DNA of 64,000 bases from Acidobacteriota bacterium (GTDB taxonomy: Bacteria; Acidobacteriota; Thermoanaerobaculia; Multivoradales; UBA5704), in assembly GCA_046765915.1 (NCBI GenBank), contig JBKPTH010000063.1:4009-68008 (forward strand), in the 5' to 3' direction. The notes beneath the pieces are model-generated. The model did no database searches, was not told where the DNA came from, and saw only the letters and a program-made list of their open reading frames with translations. The position numbers and the translations under genes were made by a program. Positions 1 to 9,087 of this stretch are shown one piece after another (positions within the stretch are counted from its first letter, which is position 1; each line of letters opens with the position of its first letter).

Positions 1-2383
1 GAGACGTCCATTGTTCCCAGAGAATTTGCCACCGCAGGCGATTGTGCGTGTCCAGGCGGGCCGCGTTCTTACCCGGCGGGCGGGTCAGACTCTCGATTTC
101 GCGAGTGAGAGAGGCGCCGCAGATCATCAGCTCGACCCAGAGCAGTATCAGTCGGCGCACTCGCGGGTTCAGCTGGCGCGGCACTCCTGCCGCGTCGATG
201 GCGTCGAGCCCCTGGCGGACGGCGCTGAGACCTCCTTTCAAGTCGTTGACCATGCGGGCGATGAGCCTGGCTTTTTTCTCGTCCCAGGCGCCCGGTTCTC
301 TCCCGGGTGTGAGCGCGTGGATTTCAGTGCTCTGGAGAAGGAGACGCTCGACGCGGAGCTGGGCGCGCAGCTCGTAGAGGAAGATCCACCATTCGACGTT
401 GCGCCGCGCCTCGGCGAGAGTGAGCCCCGCCTGATCCAGGGATTCTTCGGCCCGGGTCAGGCGTCCGTCCGCTCGCTGGAGAGCGACCTCCAGCTCCTCG
501 CCCCAGTCCTCGATCTCGGCTATGCGGTCGGGAGCCCAGTGCGCAAGGGAAAGCCGCCGTGCAGCGGCGAGATCTTGCGGCCAGGAAGGTCCCTTCCTGA
601 GATCGGCCAATGCGCGGTCGATCTGGCGGCGATCGAGCGTCTCATCCCCGCCCTTTGGGGCTCGGTCTCCCAGCAGGCAGAGGCACCCCTCTGTCGATAG
701 CGTCTCGAGGTCGTCCCGATCCCGGCAACCCTCTAGCAGCCTGCGCTCGCAAGCCTCCGACAACACGTGGTCGGCGCGAAGCAGGAGGCACTCGGCGAGG
801 TGCAACAGGTTTACGGCGAACATTTCCCGGTCGGCGCCCGTCCTGGGGACCACGCCGGACTGGGCCAGGTCCAGCTCTCGATGGGCGGTCTTGAAGTCAC
901 CGAGCAGGGTTGCCGCCCTTCCGCGGAGGGAATGGAAATAGGATCTCTGGCGGTAATAATCCGATCCCGCGCTCCACTCGACGACTTGCAGGCCTCGTGC
1001 ACAGATTTTCAGGGCCTCTCGCGAGCTCTTCTCGACCTGCCGGTGTTGGTCGAGAGAATCTCCGCGCGCCTCCATGGAATTCACGGCCAGGAGCTGATCG
1101 GCGGTGTACCGGAGCCGGCGCAGCTCCATGGCGCAGATATCCGGCGAGGACTCGATCCGAGGAAGATGCGGCGTGACGATCCCTTTGACGATGCGCTCGA
1201 TATCTTCCATGCCTTCATCGTCGCGCAGGCTGCGCCGGCCGGCCCAGATATCACAGAGGTACTTGACCACCTTCCGGCGAGTGAGGACGGGGATGTCCTC
1301 GGCCAGTGTCCGCTGTGCGATTGCAGCGGCGTTCTCCTTGAGCCATGCCGCGACGGCGGCGGCCGGCGAGCCGGGAGCCTCGATCCCGAGGAGCCGGCGA
1401 ATCTGCGCCCACCGCAGCTCCGCGCAAGCTTCGACGTCCAACCGGTCGCGGAGCACGCTGGCTTTCAAATCATCGAGCTGATCCCAAAGATGCTGGAGAT
1501 CGGCCGCGATCCGCTCTTCGCCTGGCGATTTCCATCGCGGATCCAGTTGGCGCGCGAACACGGCGCTCTGAGCATTGGCGCGGCCCGAGGCATCTCTGTC
1601 GAGGCAGAGATCGATCCGGAAACGCGGGGTGTCCTGGTTCTGCATCCAATCGACCCAATCGACCAGGGTATCGGCCGCCACGCCGCTGAGCAGGAGCTCG
1701 CGCTCCCGCTCGAGCACGAGGCTCAGGGAGCGCAATCGGGATTGCCGGAGGCGTGTGATCCGTGCCGGGTCCGGCGGCGGTGCTTCGAGAGGGTCGGTCT
1801 TGTCCAGAGGAAGGTCGATCTCGTCCAGACGCTTCCAGACGGTGGCGGGGACGCGATCGAGCTGTCCGCCCCCTGCAAACAGGAGCAGGCAGCGGTTGAG
1901 CTTGGTCAGGTAGCGGAGGCCCGAGGCCCGGTGGTAGATGTGCTCCAGCAGGGCGTGCAAGTCCCGCGAGGCCGCGTAGAGACTGGAGAGGTAGTAGTCG
2001 GCGACATGATCGTGAACGGTGGCCAGCAGAGCGATCCGTTCCAGAACCGCGGGTTCGACAAGCCGGTCCGCCTTCAATTCCTCCTTCCGCAACGCGTCGC
2101 CGCGCGTGCCGTCCTGGACCGAAGCGTAGATCCGATCCCGGATCTTGCGGCTCATCCAGTAGCTGCCTCCTTCGACTCTCAGGACGTAGCCCCGCTTTTC
2201 GAGCGTGTCGAGAAACGTCTCGACCCGCTCGTCCGAGCTCTGTTCCTCGGGGAGCGGCGGCAGGTACCTGGGAAGCAGGCTGCGCAGGGCGACGATGCTG
2301 CGGCGGCGGCGGAACACCGCGAGCAGGAGGAGCGCCTCCAGCTCAGGTCCGGGATCGGCCGGTTTGGGGACGCGTTCCTCCAT
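1..2383 (-). CDS. Large alpha-helical-repeat protein, partial (C-terminus lies beyond window start). Not in ORF track. Putative partner of the upstream SIR2 gene.
   Basis: Manual reverse-complement translation of frame (x mod 3 = 1) is open from 2614 down to position 1 and reads protein-like (MEERVPKPADPGPELEALLLLAVFRRRRSIVALRSLLPRYL...GYVLRVEGGSYWMSRKIRDRIYASVQDG...TLVDWVDWMQNQDTPRFRIDLCLDRD...). The + frame of ORFs 11..700/767..2581 has pos1 GC ~87% and pos3 ~78%, inverted relative to confirmed genes (speA pos1 ~65%, pos3 ~90%), and contains no TTA/CTA/TCA codons. ATG at 2383..2381. The track omitted it presumably because no stop falls inside the window. Confidence 0.6.
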   Translation of the reverse strand, partial: MEERVPKPADPGPELEALLLLAVFRRRRSIVALRSLLPRYLPPLPEEQSSDERVETFLDTLEKRGYVLRVEGGSYWMSRKIRDRIYASVQDGTRGDALRKEELKADRLVEPAVLERIALLATVHDHVADYYLSSLYAASRDLHALLEHIYHRASGLRYLTKLNRCLLLFAGGGQLDRVPATVWKRLDEIDLPLDKTDPLEAPPPDPARITRLRQSRLRSLSLVLERERELLLSGVAADTLVDWVDWMQNQDTPRFRIDLCLDRDASGRANAQSAVFARQLDPRWKSPGEERIAADLQHLWDQLDDLKASVLRDRLDVEACAELRWAQIRRLLGIEAPGSPAAAVAAWLKENAAAIAQRTLAEDIPVLTRRKVVKYLCDIWAGRRSLRDDEGMEDIERIVKGIVTPHLPRIESSPDICAMELRRLRYTADQLLAVNSMEARGDSLDQHRQVEKSSREALKICARGLQVVEWSAGSDYYRQRSYFHSLRGRAATLLGDFKTAHRELDLAQSGVVPRTGADREMFAVNLLHLAECLLLRADHVLSEACERRLLEGCRDRDDLETLSTEGCLCLLGDRAPKGGDETLDRRQIDRALADLRKGPSWPQDLAAARRLSLAHWAPDRIAEIEDWGEELEVALQRADGRLTRAEESLDQAGLTLAEARRNVEWWIFLYELRAQLRVERLLLQSTEIHALTPGREPGAWDEKKARLIARMVNDLKGGLSAVRQGLDAIDAAGVPRQLNPRVRRLILLWVELMICGASLTREIESLTRPPGKNAARLDTHNRLRWQILWEQWTS

Positions 2384-2577
2384 CCTGGGAGGGACGGTCC
2401 GGACGAGCTTCGACTGGGACGATTCAACGTCACTATAGAAGGTCGGCGGCTTGCCCTCGCCTTCGAGGTCGACCGAGAAGGCGAGAATCGAATTCTTGAG
2501 GTGTACGCCTGGGGAAGGCTCTGTTCCGTTCTCCCCTTCCCAGTCGCTTCGCCGGTGCGCGGCTCGAAACAGGGCGG

Positions 2578-4197
2578 TTAAGAACCCCTGCCGCGCGGGC
2601 TCCTTTCCGCGTGCTCAGGGTCGACCGACGGCGCAGGCGTGCTGTGGTGAGATGTCGGGGGCCGGCCGAAGGAGCTGACGGCGTTGAAGGCCAGCAGGTA
2701 CTGCCCGCGGCTCAAGGCCTCGTAGATCCGGCGGATGGGCTTCTCGAAGGTGGCCGGGTCAACGGCTGCCGCCTCATCGGCGGCCAGGCCGACCGGCAGG
2801 ACGATCGGCAGCAGGGATGGATCGTACTTCCGGATCTGGCGGAAGATCTCGACCACCACGTCCGTGATCGTGTGCATGGCCTCCAGGTCGATCCAGATAG
2901 GAATATGCGTTTCCGCCTTCCGCGAGGCGAGGCGCGCCAACTCGCGGGACGAGCCCAGACCGAAGTCGCCGGGGTCATCGAGGAAGAACTGGATCGGAGC
3001 CTTGTCGGTGGCGGGCGCTGTGTCCTCGATCGGCTGCCCGGGATCGATGGGCCGGGAGACGTGGGGAGTGTAGGGCCGAGAAGCCGGAGGATGCGAGCCC
3101 GTGATCCTGCTGTACAACTCCAGCAGAAGGGCGCCGGGATCCTGGATGCGCACCGGAGAGATGGCTCCAGGGTAGAGATCCACGAGTTCCTGGACCGGCT
3201 CCGGGCAGCGCGACTCGAAATGCATCCAGTAGACCACGGTGTCGCCAGCGTGATTGCCCGGGGAGCGGCGCTGAGCTTCGCCAACCACCAGCTCCACCAG
3301 GTCGGTGATCCTCCGGTCCCAGCCGCCCAGGCCCATGACGAGAAGGACCGGGCGGTCGGGAAGGTAGCTCCGCAACCGGGCCTTGCTCTCTTCATCCAAG
3401 GGGTAGTCCAGTGACTCGCCGACGCGTAAACCGAAGACGCCGCCATGGAGCTTGACGACGGAAAGCTCCTGTTGGATCAGGTCGGGATGCGGCAGCGCGG
3501 CATTGTGGGAAACCTCGTACACGATAGGCAGGTGCCCCTCGATCCGCAACGCCTCTTCGAGCAGGTTGTCGAAGTTCGTCGTCAGGAACAGGCGAATTCC
3601 CAGGACCGGCGACAAGAGGGCCAGGAACCGGTGCGAGGTCCCAGGTTGGCGGTGCTGCACGAGTTGGTGGAACAGGGTGTCCGCGTAGTCCGGGGTGGCG
3701 CGCGTCAGGTGGGCCAGCAGGGTTTTCCAATTACCCTTGAGGCTCCAAAGTGCAGGCTGCGGAATGGGGTTCTGTTGCTCCCGCAGCGTCTTGATGGTTG
3801 AGGCCAGCTTCTCGTCCAGGCGCCCGATGTCTTCAATCAACTCTTCCTGGATCAGACGGTGAAGAGTGCCGCGGTAGGTCTCGCCTTCTCCCGTGGCATG
3901 GACCCAGAGGTCGGCGTCGAGCTGGTTCGGATCCGGCCACCCGAAGCTGCGCAGGTACCAGCTCGGATCCTTGCGGAAGCTCCGCCGGTCCGACGGCATT
4001 TCGCCCTGGCTCTTGGGGTTGTAGAGTCCCGTGCGGATGAAATACTCGACTTTGGCGAGATATTGAGTGAGGGACGACAAGGCGAGAATTCCGGATTCGA
4101 TCGAGAAGCCTGCACCGACCAGAGGAATGAACTCCCGTCCCTGATCGGAGGCTGCGATAAGCTCCCGAACCACCTCCAATTGCGACTTCGCGGGCAC
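2578..4197 (-). CDS. SIR2_2-family (DHS-like NAD-binding) protein, putative NADase effector
   Basis: Motifs GAGFSIESGI (GAGxS NAD-binding), TTNFD (TTNYD-like) and VVKLHGG (catalytic His) in SIR2 order. GTG start at 4197 is preceded by GGAGAGGGAG SD (spacing 5). The listed 739-aa ORF N-terminus overlaps gltX in another frame and is not real. GC3 looks lower than in core genes. Confidence 0.7.
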   Translation of the reverse strand: MPAKSQLEVVRELIAASDQGREFIPLVGAGFSIESGILALSSLTQYLAKVEYFIRTGLYNPKSQGEMPSDRRSFRKDPSWYLRSFGWPDPNQLDADLWVHATGEGETYRGTLHRLIQEELIEDIGRLDEKLASTIKTLREQQNPIPQPALWSLKGNWKTLLAHLTRATPDYADTLFHQLVQHRQPGTSHRFLALLSPVLGIRLFLTTNFDNLLEEALRIEGHLPIVYEVSHNAALPHPDLIQQELSVVKLHGGVFGLRVGESLDYPLDEESKARLRSYLPDRPVLLVMGLGGWDRRITDLVELVVGEAQRRSPGNHAGDTVVYWMHFESRCPEPVQELVDLYPGAISPVRIQDPGALLLELYSRITGSHPPASRPYTPHVSRPIDPGQPIEDTAPATDKAPIQFFLDDPGDFGLGSSRELARLASRKAETHIPIWIDLEAMHTITDVVVEIFRQIRKYDPSLLPIVLPVGLAADEAAAVDPATFEKPIRRIYEALSRGQYLLAFNAVSSFGRPPTSHHSTPAPSVDPEHAERSPRGRGS

Positions 4198-4301
4198 GGT
4201 TCTCCCTCTCCGATCCCCCTTGGGCGATCTCAACAGACAGGTTGCGTACGAGCGAAAAATAGTAGCAGGAAAGGGAGGCTGAAGCGACCAGACGAGCACG
4301 G

Positions 4302-5741
4302 TCAGCCTGACCGCATGAACGCGATGAAGCGCCCCAGCCGCCGATCCGCCGCTTCGCGGCCCAGGACCTCGACGAGATCGAAGAGCGGCGGCCCGGCCGC
4401 GGCGGCCGAGAGGGCCATGCGGGTGGGGTGGATCAGCACGGCCGGCTTGATCCCCCGCTCCTCCGCCAGCGACCGCAGCTCGGCCTCCAGCGTCTCCTTG
4501 TCGAAGCGCGGCAGTCTGGCGTAGCGCTCCCGCAGCGCCTCCAGGCGTTCCGGCAGGTCCGGATCTTTCACCCACTTGGCGGCGGCCGCCGGGTCGTACG
4601 CCAGCTCTTCCTGGAAGAAATACGCGACGGCGCCGGCCAGCTCCTTCAAGGTTTGAGCCCGGGTGCGGTGCAGCTCCAGGGCCGCCGTCAGACGCTCGCG
4701 GTCGGCGTCCTTCAGGCCGGCCTGCTCGAGGAAGGGCTCCAGATGCGGCCATAGCTCCTGGAGGCTCAGGCGCGACATGTACTGCGCGTTCATCCACCAG
4801 AGCTTCTCGCGGTCGAAGACGGCGGCCGAGGCGTTCAGCCGCTCGACGGAAAAGGCGGCGATCATCTCCTCCCGTGTCATGATCTCCCGCTCGTCCCCCG
4901 GGTTCCAGCCGAGCAGGGCGAGGAAGTTGTAGAGCGCCTGCGGCAGGATGCCCTCGTTGCGGAACTCCTCGACCGAGGTGGCGCCGTAGCGCTTGGAGAG
5001 GCGCTTCTTGTCCGGCCCCAGGATCAGCGGCAGATGTCCGAACGTGGGAACCGTGCCGCCCAGGGCCTGGAAGAGCGGGATGTGCTTGGGCGTGTTCGAG
5101 AGATGGTCCTCGCCGCGCAGCACGTGGGTGATCCGCATGTCGATGTCGTCCACGACGACGGACATGTGATACGTCGGATTGCCGTCGGAGCGCAGGAGGA
5201 TGAAATCGTCGAGCGCGTCCGGCGGAAAGTCCATGTCGCCGCGCACGAGGTCGTGAAAACGGATGTTGTCGTCCGGCATGCGGAAGCGGACGGCGAACGG
5301 CTGGCCGGCGGCCAGGCGCCGCTCGCTCTCCTCGGGCGAGAGCCGCAGGCAGGTGCGGGGATAGCGGAAGGCCTCGCCCCGCTTCTGGGCCTCCTCGCGC
5401 TGGGCGTCGAGCTCCGCGGGCGTGCAGAAGCAGCGGTAGGCCTTGCCCTGTGCCAGCAGCTCCTCGGCGCGCTCGTGGTGGCGGGGGAGCCGCTCGCTCT
5501 GCAGGAACGGCCCTTCGTCCCAGACGACGCCGATCCAGGCGAGGGCGGACTGGATCTGCCGCGTCATCGCCTCGTCAGAGCGCTCCTTGTCCGTGTCCTC
5601 GATGCGCAGCACGAAGGCGCCGCCGGCGCTCTGCCGCAGCAGATCGTTGTAGATCGCGGTGCGGGCGCCGCCCACGTGCAGGAAGCCGGTGGGCGAGGGC
5701 GCGAAGCGGACCCGCACGGGGCCGTGGATGGCGGTGCTCAT
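4302..5741 (-). CDS. gltX: Glutamate--tRNA ligase
   Basis: PSPTGFLHVGGARTAIYN (HIGH-type class I motif) and KRLSKRYG (KMSKS-type) present. Length 479 aa. Confidence 0.9.
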   Translation of the reverse strand: MSTAIHGPVRVRFAPSPTGFLHVGGARTAIYNDLLRQSAGGAFVLRIEDTDKERSDEAMTRQIQSALAWIGVVWDEGPFLQSERLPRHHERAEELLAQGKAYRCFCTPAELDAQREEAQKRGEAFRYPRTCLRLSPEESERRLAAGQPFAVRFRMPDDNIRFHDLVRGDMDFPPDALDDFILLRSDGNPTYHMSVVVDDIDMRITHVLRGEDHLSNTPKHIPLFQALGGTVPTFGHLPLILGPDKKRLSKRYGATSVEEFRNEGILPQALYNFLALLGWNPGDEREIMTREEMIAAFSVERLNASAAVFDREKLWWMNAQYMSRLSLQELWPHLEPFLEQAGLKDADRERLTAALELHRTRAQTLKELAGAVAYFFQEELAYDPAAAAKWVKDPDLPERLEALRERYARLPRFDKETLEAELRSLAEERGIKPAVLIHPTRMALSAAAAGPPLFDLVEVLGREAADRRLGRFIAFMRSG

Positions 5742-5819
5742 ACGACGCTCAAAGTATCACAGCGATAGGGACCGATCCGGCCGATGTCATAGCTCGAAAC
5801 GTGGTCCGTGCCGCCGGGC

Positions 5820-5995
5820 CCCTCACTCCCCCTGCCCCCTCTCTCCCACCGCACTCCCTTCCCCCCGGGAGAGAGGGGGTTGGAAAAAGCAAACTAATTC
5901 CTTCTTCTGCAGTCTCCCTCCTCTCCCCGGGCGGGTGGGCGTGAGGGGGGAGAGGAGGGCCGGGGAGGTGAGGGGCCTCGGCGGCGCGGCGGCGC
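5820..5995. repeat. GC-rich palindromic hairpins (REP-like variant) in the gltX-speA divergent intergenic region
   Basis: CCCCCTCTCTCCC...GGGAGAGAGGGGG and CTCCCTCCTCTCCCC...GGGGGAGAGGAGGG inverted repeats. The core resembles the CCCCCTCTCC/GGAGAGGGGG REP family found elsewhere in the window. Confidence 0.4.
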
Positions 5996-6162
5996 ACCGC
6001 TTCAGGAGTCCCCGGGATCGGCGTTCCCCCGGGAAGGTCACTCCACCGAATCATGTTATCGTCCCTGCGGCCGGGGTGCGTCCTCCTGGCGTCTCTTCGA
6101 ACCCGACCGCCGAACCCATCGTTTCGCCCCTCGGGGCAACAGAGAGGAGCACCCGCACCAAG

Positions 6163-8091
6163 ATGGCCACTGCCGCACTCAGCCGCCGTTGGACCCCGGC
6201 CGACTCTCTCGACCTCTACAACGTCCGGGGTTGGGGCAACAACTACTTTTCAGTCAGCGACGAGGGCCACATGCTGGTCCATCCCGGCGGGCCCGGCAGC
6301 AAGCCGGCCATCGATCTCAAGGAGCTGGTGGACGAGGTGCGCGAGCGCGGCATCACGCCGCCGCTGCTCATCCGCTTCGCGGAGATCATCCAGGCGCGCG
6401 TCGTCGAGCTCAACGAGGCCTTCGGCCGCGCCATCTCCGAGTACGGCTACCAGGGCCAGTACCGCGGCGTCTATCCGATCAAGGTCAACCAGGTCCGCTA
6501 CCTGGTCGAGCGGCTGGTGGAGTACGGCCGGCCGTATCACTTCGGCCTGGAGGCGGGCTCGAAGCCGGAGCTCCTCGCCGTCATGGCGATGCTGGAGGAC
6601 GAGGACGCTCTCATCATCTGCAACGGCTACAAGGACGAGGAGTACGTCGAGACGGCGCTCCTCGCCGGCAAGCTGGGCCGCCACGTGATCCTGGTGGTGG
6701 AGAAGCCCTCCGAACTGCCGCTCATCCAGGAGATCTCCCGCCGGCTCGGCGTGCGCCCGCACATCGGCATCCGCTCGCGGCTCTCCGCCAGGGGCGCCGG
6801 CCATTGGGAGGCCTCGGGCGGCGACCGCTCGAAGTTCGGCCTCTCCGGGCGCGACCTGCTGGACGCGATGGCCTTCCTGCGCGAGAACGGCATGCTCGAC
6901 TCCTTCGAGCTGCTCCACTTCCACCTCGGCAGCCAGGTCTCCTCCATCCGCTCGGTGAAGGACGGCCTGCGCGAGGCGGCCCAGGTCTACGCCAACCTGG
7001 TGCAGATGGGCGCGCCGCTCGGCTACCTCGACGTCGGCGGCGGCCTCGGCGTGGATTACGACGGCTCGCAGACGAACTTCACCTCGTCGCTCAACTACAC
7101 GCTGCAGGAATACGCCAACGACATCGTCTTCGGCATCATGGAGGTGTGCGACGCCAAGGGCGTGCGCCATCCGACGATCGTCTCCGAGTCCGGGCGCGCC
7201 ACGGTGGCCCATCACGCGGTGCTGATCATCGACGTGCTGGGGGTCTCCGAGTTCGAGGTCGGCAAGCTGCCGCGCAAGGCGCCGGCGAAGGCCGAGCCCT
7301 CGCTGCGCAATCTCTTCGAGACCTACCGCGAGGTGTCGCGCAAGAACCTGCTGGAGTCCTACCACGACGCGATCTCCTACCGCGACGAGTGCCAGAGCCT
7401 GTTCAACCTCGGCCACCTGTCGCTGGAGGACCGCGGGCTCGCCGAGGACCTGTTCTGGGCCACCTGCCGGAAGATCCTGCGCATCACGCGCACGCTGCCG
7501 CAGGGTCAGGTGCCGGAGGACCTGGAGGGTCTCGAGCGTCAGCTCGCGGACACCTACTTCTGCAACTTCTCGGTCTTCCAGTCCGTGCCCGACTCCTGGG
7601 CCATCGACCAGCTCTTCCCCATCGTGCCGATCCACCGCCTGGACGAGGAGCCGGCGGCGCGCGCCGTGCTCGCCGACATCACCTGCGATTCGGACGGCAA
7701 GATCGACCACTTCATCGACCGGCGCGACGTCAAGGACGTCCTCGAGCTCCACGACTACCGGCATGGCCAGCCCTACTATCTCGGCGTCTTCCTCGTCGGC
7801 GCCTATCAGGAGATCCTGGGCGACCTGCACAACCTCTTCGGCGACACCAACACCGTGCACGTCGCGCTCGACCCGGAGGAGGACTACACCATCGAAGGCG
7901 TGGTCAACGGCGACACGGTGAGCGACGTGCTGCGCTACGTGCGCTACAACCGCGACGACCTGGTGGCGCGGGTGCGGCGGGCCGCCGAAGCGGCGCTGCG
8001 GGCCAAGCGCCTGACCTTCGAGGAATCGCGGCAGCTCCTCCGCAGCTACGAGGAGGGGCTCTCGGGATACACTTATCTCGAGCAGGATTGA
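6163..8091 (+). CDS. speA: Biosynthetic arginine decarboxylase
   Basis: N-terminus MATAALSRRWTPADSLDLYNVRGWGNNYF typical of SpeA (fold III PLP decarboxylase). AGAGAGGAG SD upstream of ATG 6163. 642 aa. Confidence 0.88.
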   Translation: MATAALSRRWTPADSLDLYNVRGWGNNYFSVSDEGHMLVHPGGPGSKPAIDLKELVDEVRERGITPPLLIRFAEIIQARVVELNEAFGRAISEYGYQGQYRGVYPIKVNQVRYLVERLVEYGRPYHFGLEAGSKPELLAVMAMLEDEDALIICNGYKDEEYVETALLAGKLGRHVILVVEKPSELPLIQEISRRLGVRPHIGIRSRLSARGAGHWEASGGDRSKFGLSGRDLLDAMAFLRENGMLDSFELLHFHLGSQVSSIRSVKDGLREAAQVYANLVQMGAPLGYLDVGGGLGVDYDGSQTNFTSSLNYTLQEYANDIVFGIMEVCDAKGVRHPTIVSESGRATVAHHAVLIIDVLGVSEFEVGKLPRKAPAKAEPSLRNLFETYREVSRKNLLESYHDAISYRDECQSLFNLGHLSLEDRGLAEDLFWATCRKILRITRTLPQGQVPEDLEGLERQLADTYFCNFSVFQSVPDSWAIDQLFPIVPIHRLDEEPAARAVLADITCDSDGKIDHFIDRRDVKDVLELHDYRHGQPYYLGVFLVGAYQEILGDLHNLFGDTNTVHVALDPEEDYTIEGVVNGDTVSDVLRYVRYNRDDLVARVRRAAEAALRAKRLTFEESRQLLRSYEEGLSGYTYLEQD

Positions 8092-8102
8092 GAGGAGACA
8101 TT

Positions 8103-8675
8103 ATGAAAACAATGGCGCCCGTCGTGGATCCCCTGATCGACCGGCTGCGCGAGGCGGTGATGCTGGGCGATATCGCCGCCGTCACCGCGCGCATCAAGGG
8201 CGATCTCGAGTCGTTCATCCCCGCCGAGGGACTGACCCTGCCGGAGCACTTCCGCCAGGCCAGGCCGGACCGCTACGCGCGGCGGCTCCTCTACCGCGAT
8301 CCCGATCTCGGCTTCACGGCGCTCGTCATGACCTGGGGACCGGGGCAGCGTACGGCGCTCCACGACCACGCGGGCATCTGGTGCGTCGAGGGCGTGGTCG
8401 AGGGCAACATGGAGGTGACGCGCTACGAGCTGACGGAGGAGGGGGAGGATGGGATCTGCCATTTCGTCGAGCGCGGCAAGGTACCCGCCCGGGCCGGCAC
8501 GGCGGGAGCGCTGATCCCGCCCTTCGAGCACCATGTGCTGGCCAACGCGCGGCCCGATCAGGCTTCGCTCACCCTCCACGTCTACGGCGGCGAGATGACT
8601 CACTGCGACATCTTCGAGCCGCTCGGCGACGGCCTCTACCGGCGATGTACGAGGCAGCTCAGTTATGACGAGTAG
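8103..8675 (+). CDS. Cysteine dioxygenase type I-like cupin
   Basis: LHDHAGIWCVEGVVEGNMEV matches the CDO HDH...C motif. Cupin size (190 aa). ATG 8 nt after GAGGAGA, immediately downstream of speA stop. Confidence 0.72.
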   Translation: MKTMAPVVDPLIDRLREAVMLGDIAAVTARIKGDLESFIPAEGLTLPEHFRQARPDRYARRLLYRDPDLGFTALVMTWGPGQRTALHDHAGIWCVEGVVEGNMEVTRYELTEEGEDGICHFVERGKVPARAGTAGALIPPFEHHVLANARPDQASLTLHVYGGEMTHCDIFEPLGDGLYRRCTRQLSYDE

Positions 8676-9087
8676 GCCCGTTTTTCGGGTCAAGGCTGAG
8701 CACGGCGAGGTCGGGAAAGTATTGGCGCAGGTATCCGCGGTCTTTGGCAGCGAGACGGTCGGCCTGCACTTTGGCGTGGGCAGCGATCAAGAAGTCGGGG
8801 ATCAGGTGCTCTCGCGGTCCGCCCTCCGCACGATATCGCTTGAAGGTATGCCCTGCGAGCCAAGCCGCCTCGGCCCCGATCGGATCGAGATGAGCACCTA
8901 AATCCGCCAACACCTCGTCAAGCTCGGCTCGACTCTCAAAGGCAGGAGTTATCTCGGCATAGACGACCTCGCACAGCACCAGCAAGCCCTGGCGCCGCGC
9001 CTGGATCAAGATCTCCATCCAGTCCTCGGCACCAGGCTCCTGGTTGAACACTGTCAGGAGCGCCGACGCATCGAGGGCGAGCTTCAC
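8659..9087 (-). CDS. vapC: PIN-domain toxin VapC
   Basis: MKLALDASALL PIN N-terminus. 142 aa. GTGA overlap with upstream antitoxin stop. Confidence 0.8.
   Translation of the reverse strand: MKLALDASALLTVFNQEPGAEDWMEILIQARRQGLLVLCEVVYAEITPAFESRAELDEVLADLGAHLDPIGAEAAWLAGHTFKRYRAEGGPREHLIPDFLIAAHAKVQADRLAAKDRGYLRQYFPDLAVLSLDPKNGPTRHN

Noticed and set aside
11-2581. Listed + ORFs 11..700 (229 aa) and 767..2581 (604 aa) as protein-coding genes
   Set aside because: The codon-position GC profile is inverted (pos1 above pos3). The translations are low-complexity and R/G/P-rich. The complementary frame is fully open and reads as a normal protein. These are antisense shadows of the minus-strand gene 1..2383.
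4428-5768. + ORFs 4428..4754, 4663..4932, 5034..5768, 5450..5944
   Set aside because: Antisense or overlapping shadows of gltX and GC-rich spacer artefacts.
6189-8675. 828-aa + ORF 6189..8675 and minus ORF 6250..7860 (536 aa)
   Set aside because: Off-frame and antisense shadows of speA. Only the last 190 codons of 6189..8675 (from ATG 8103) are real, as the CDO gene.
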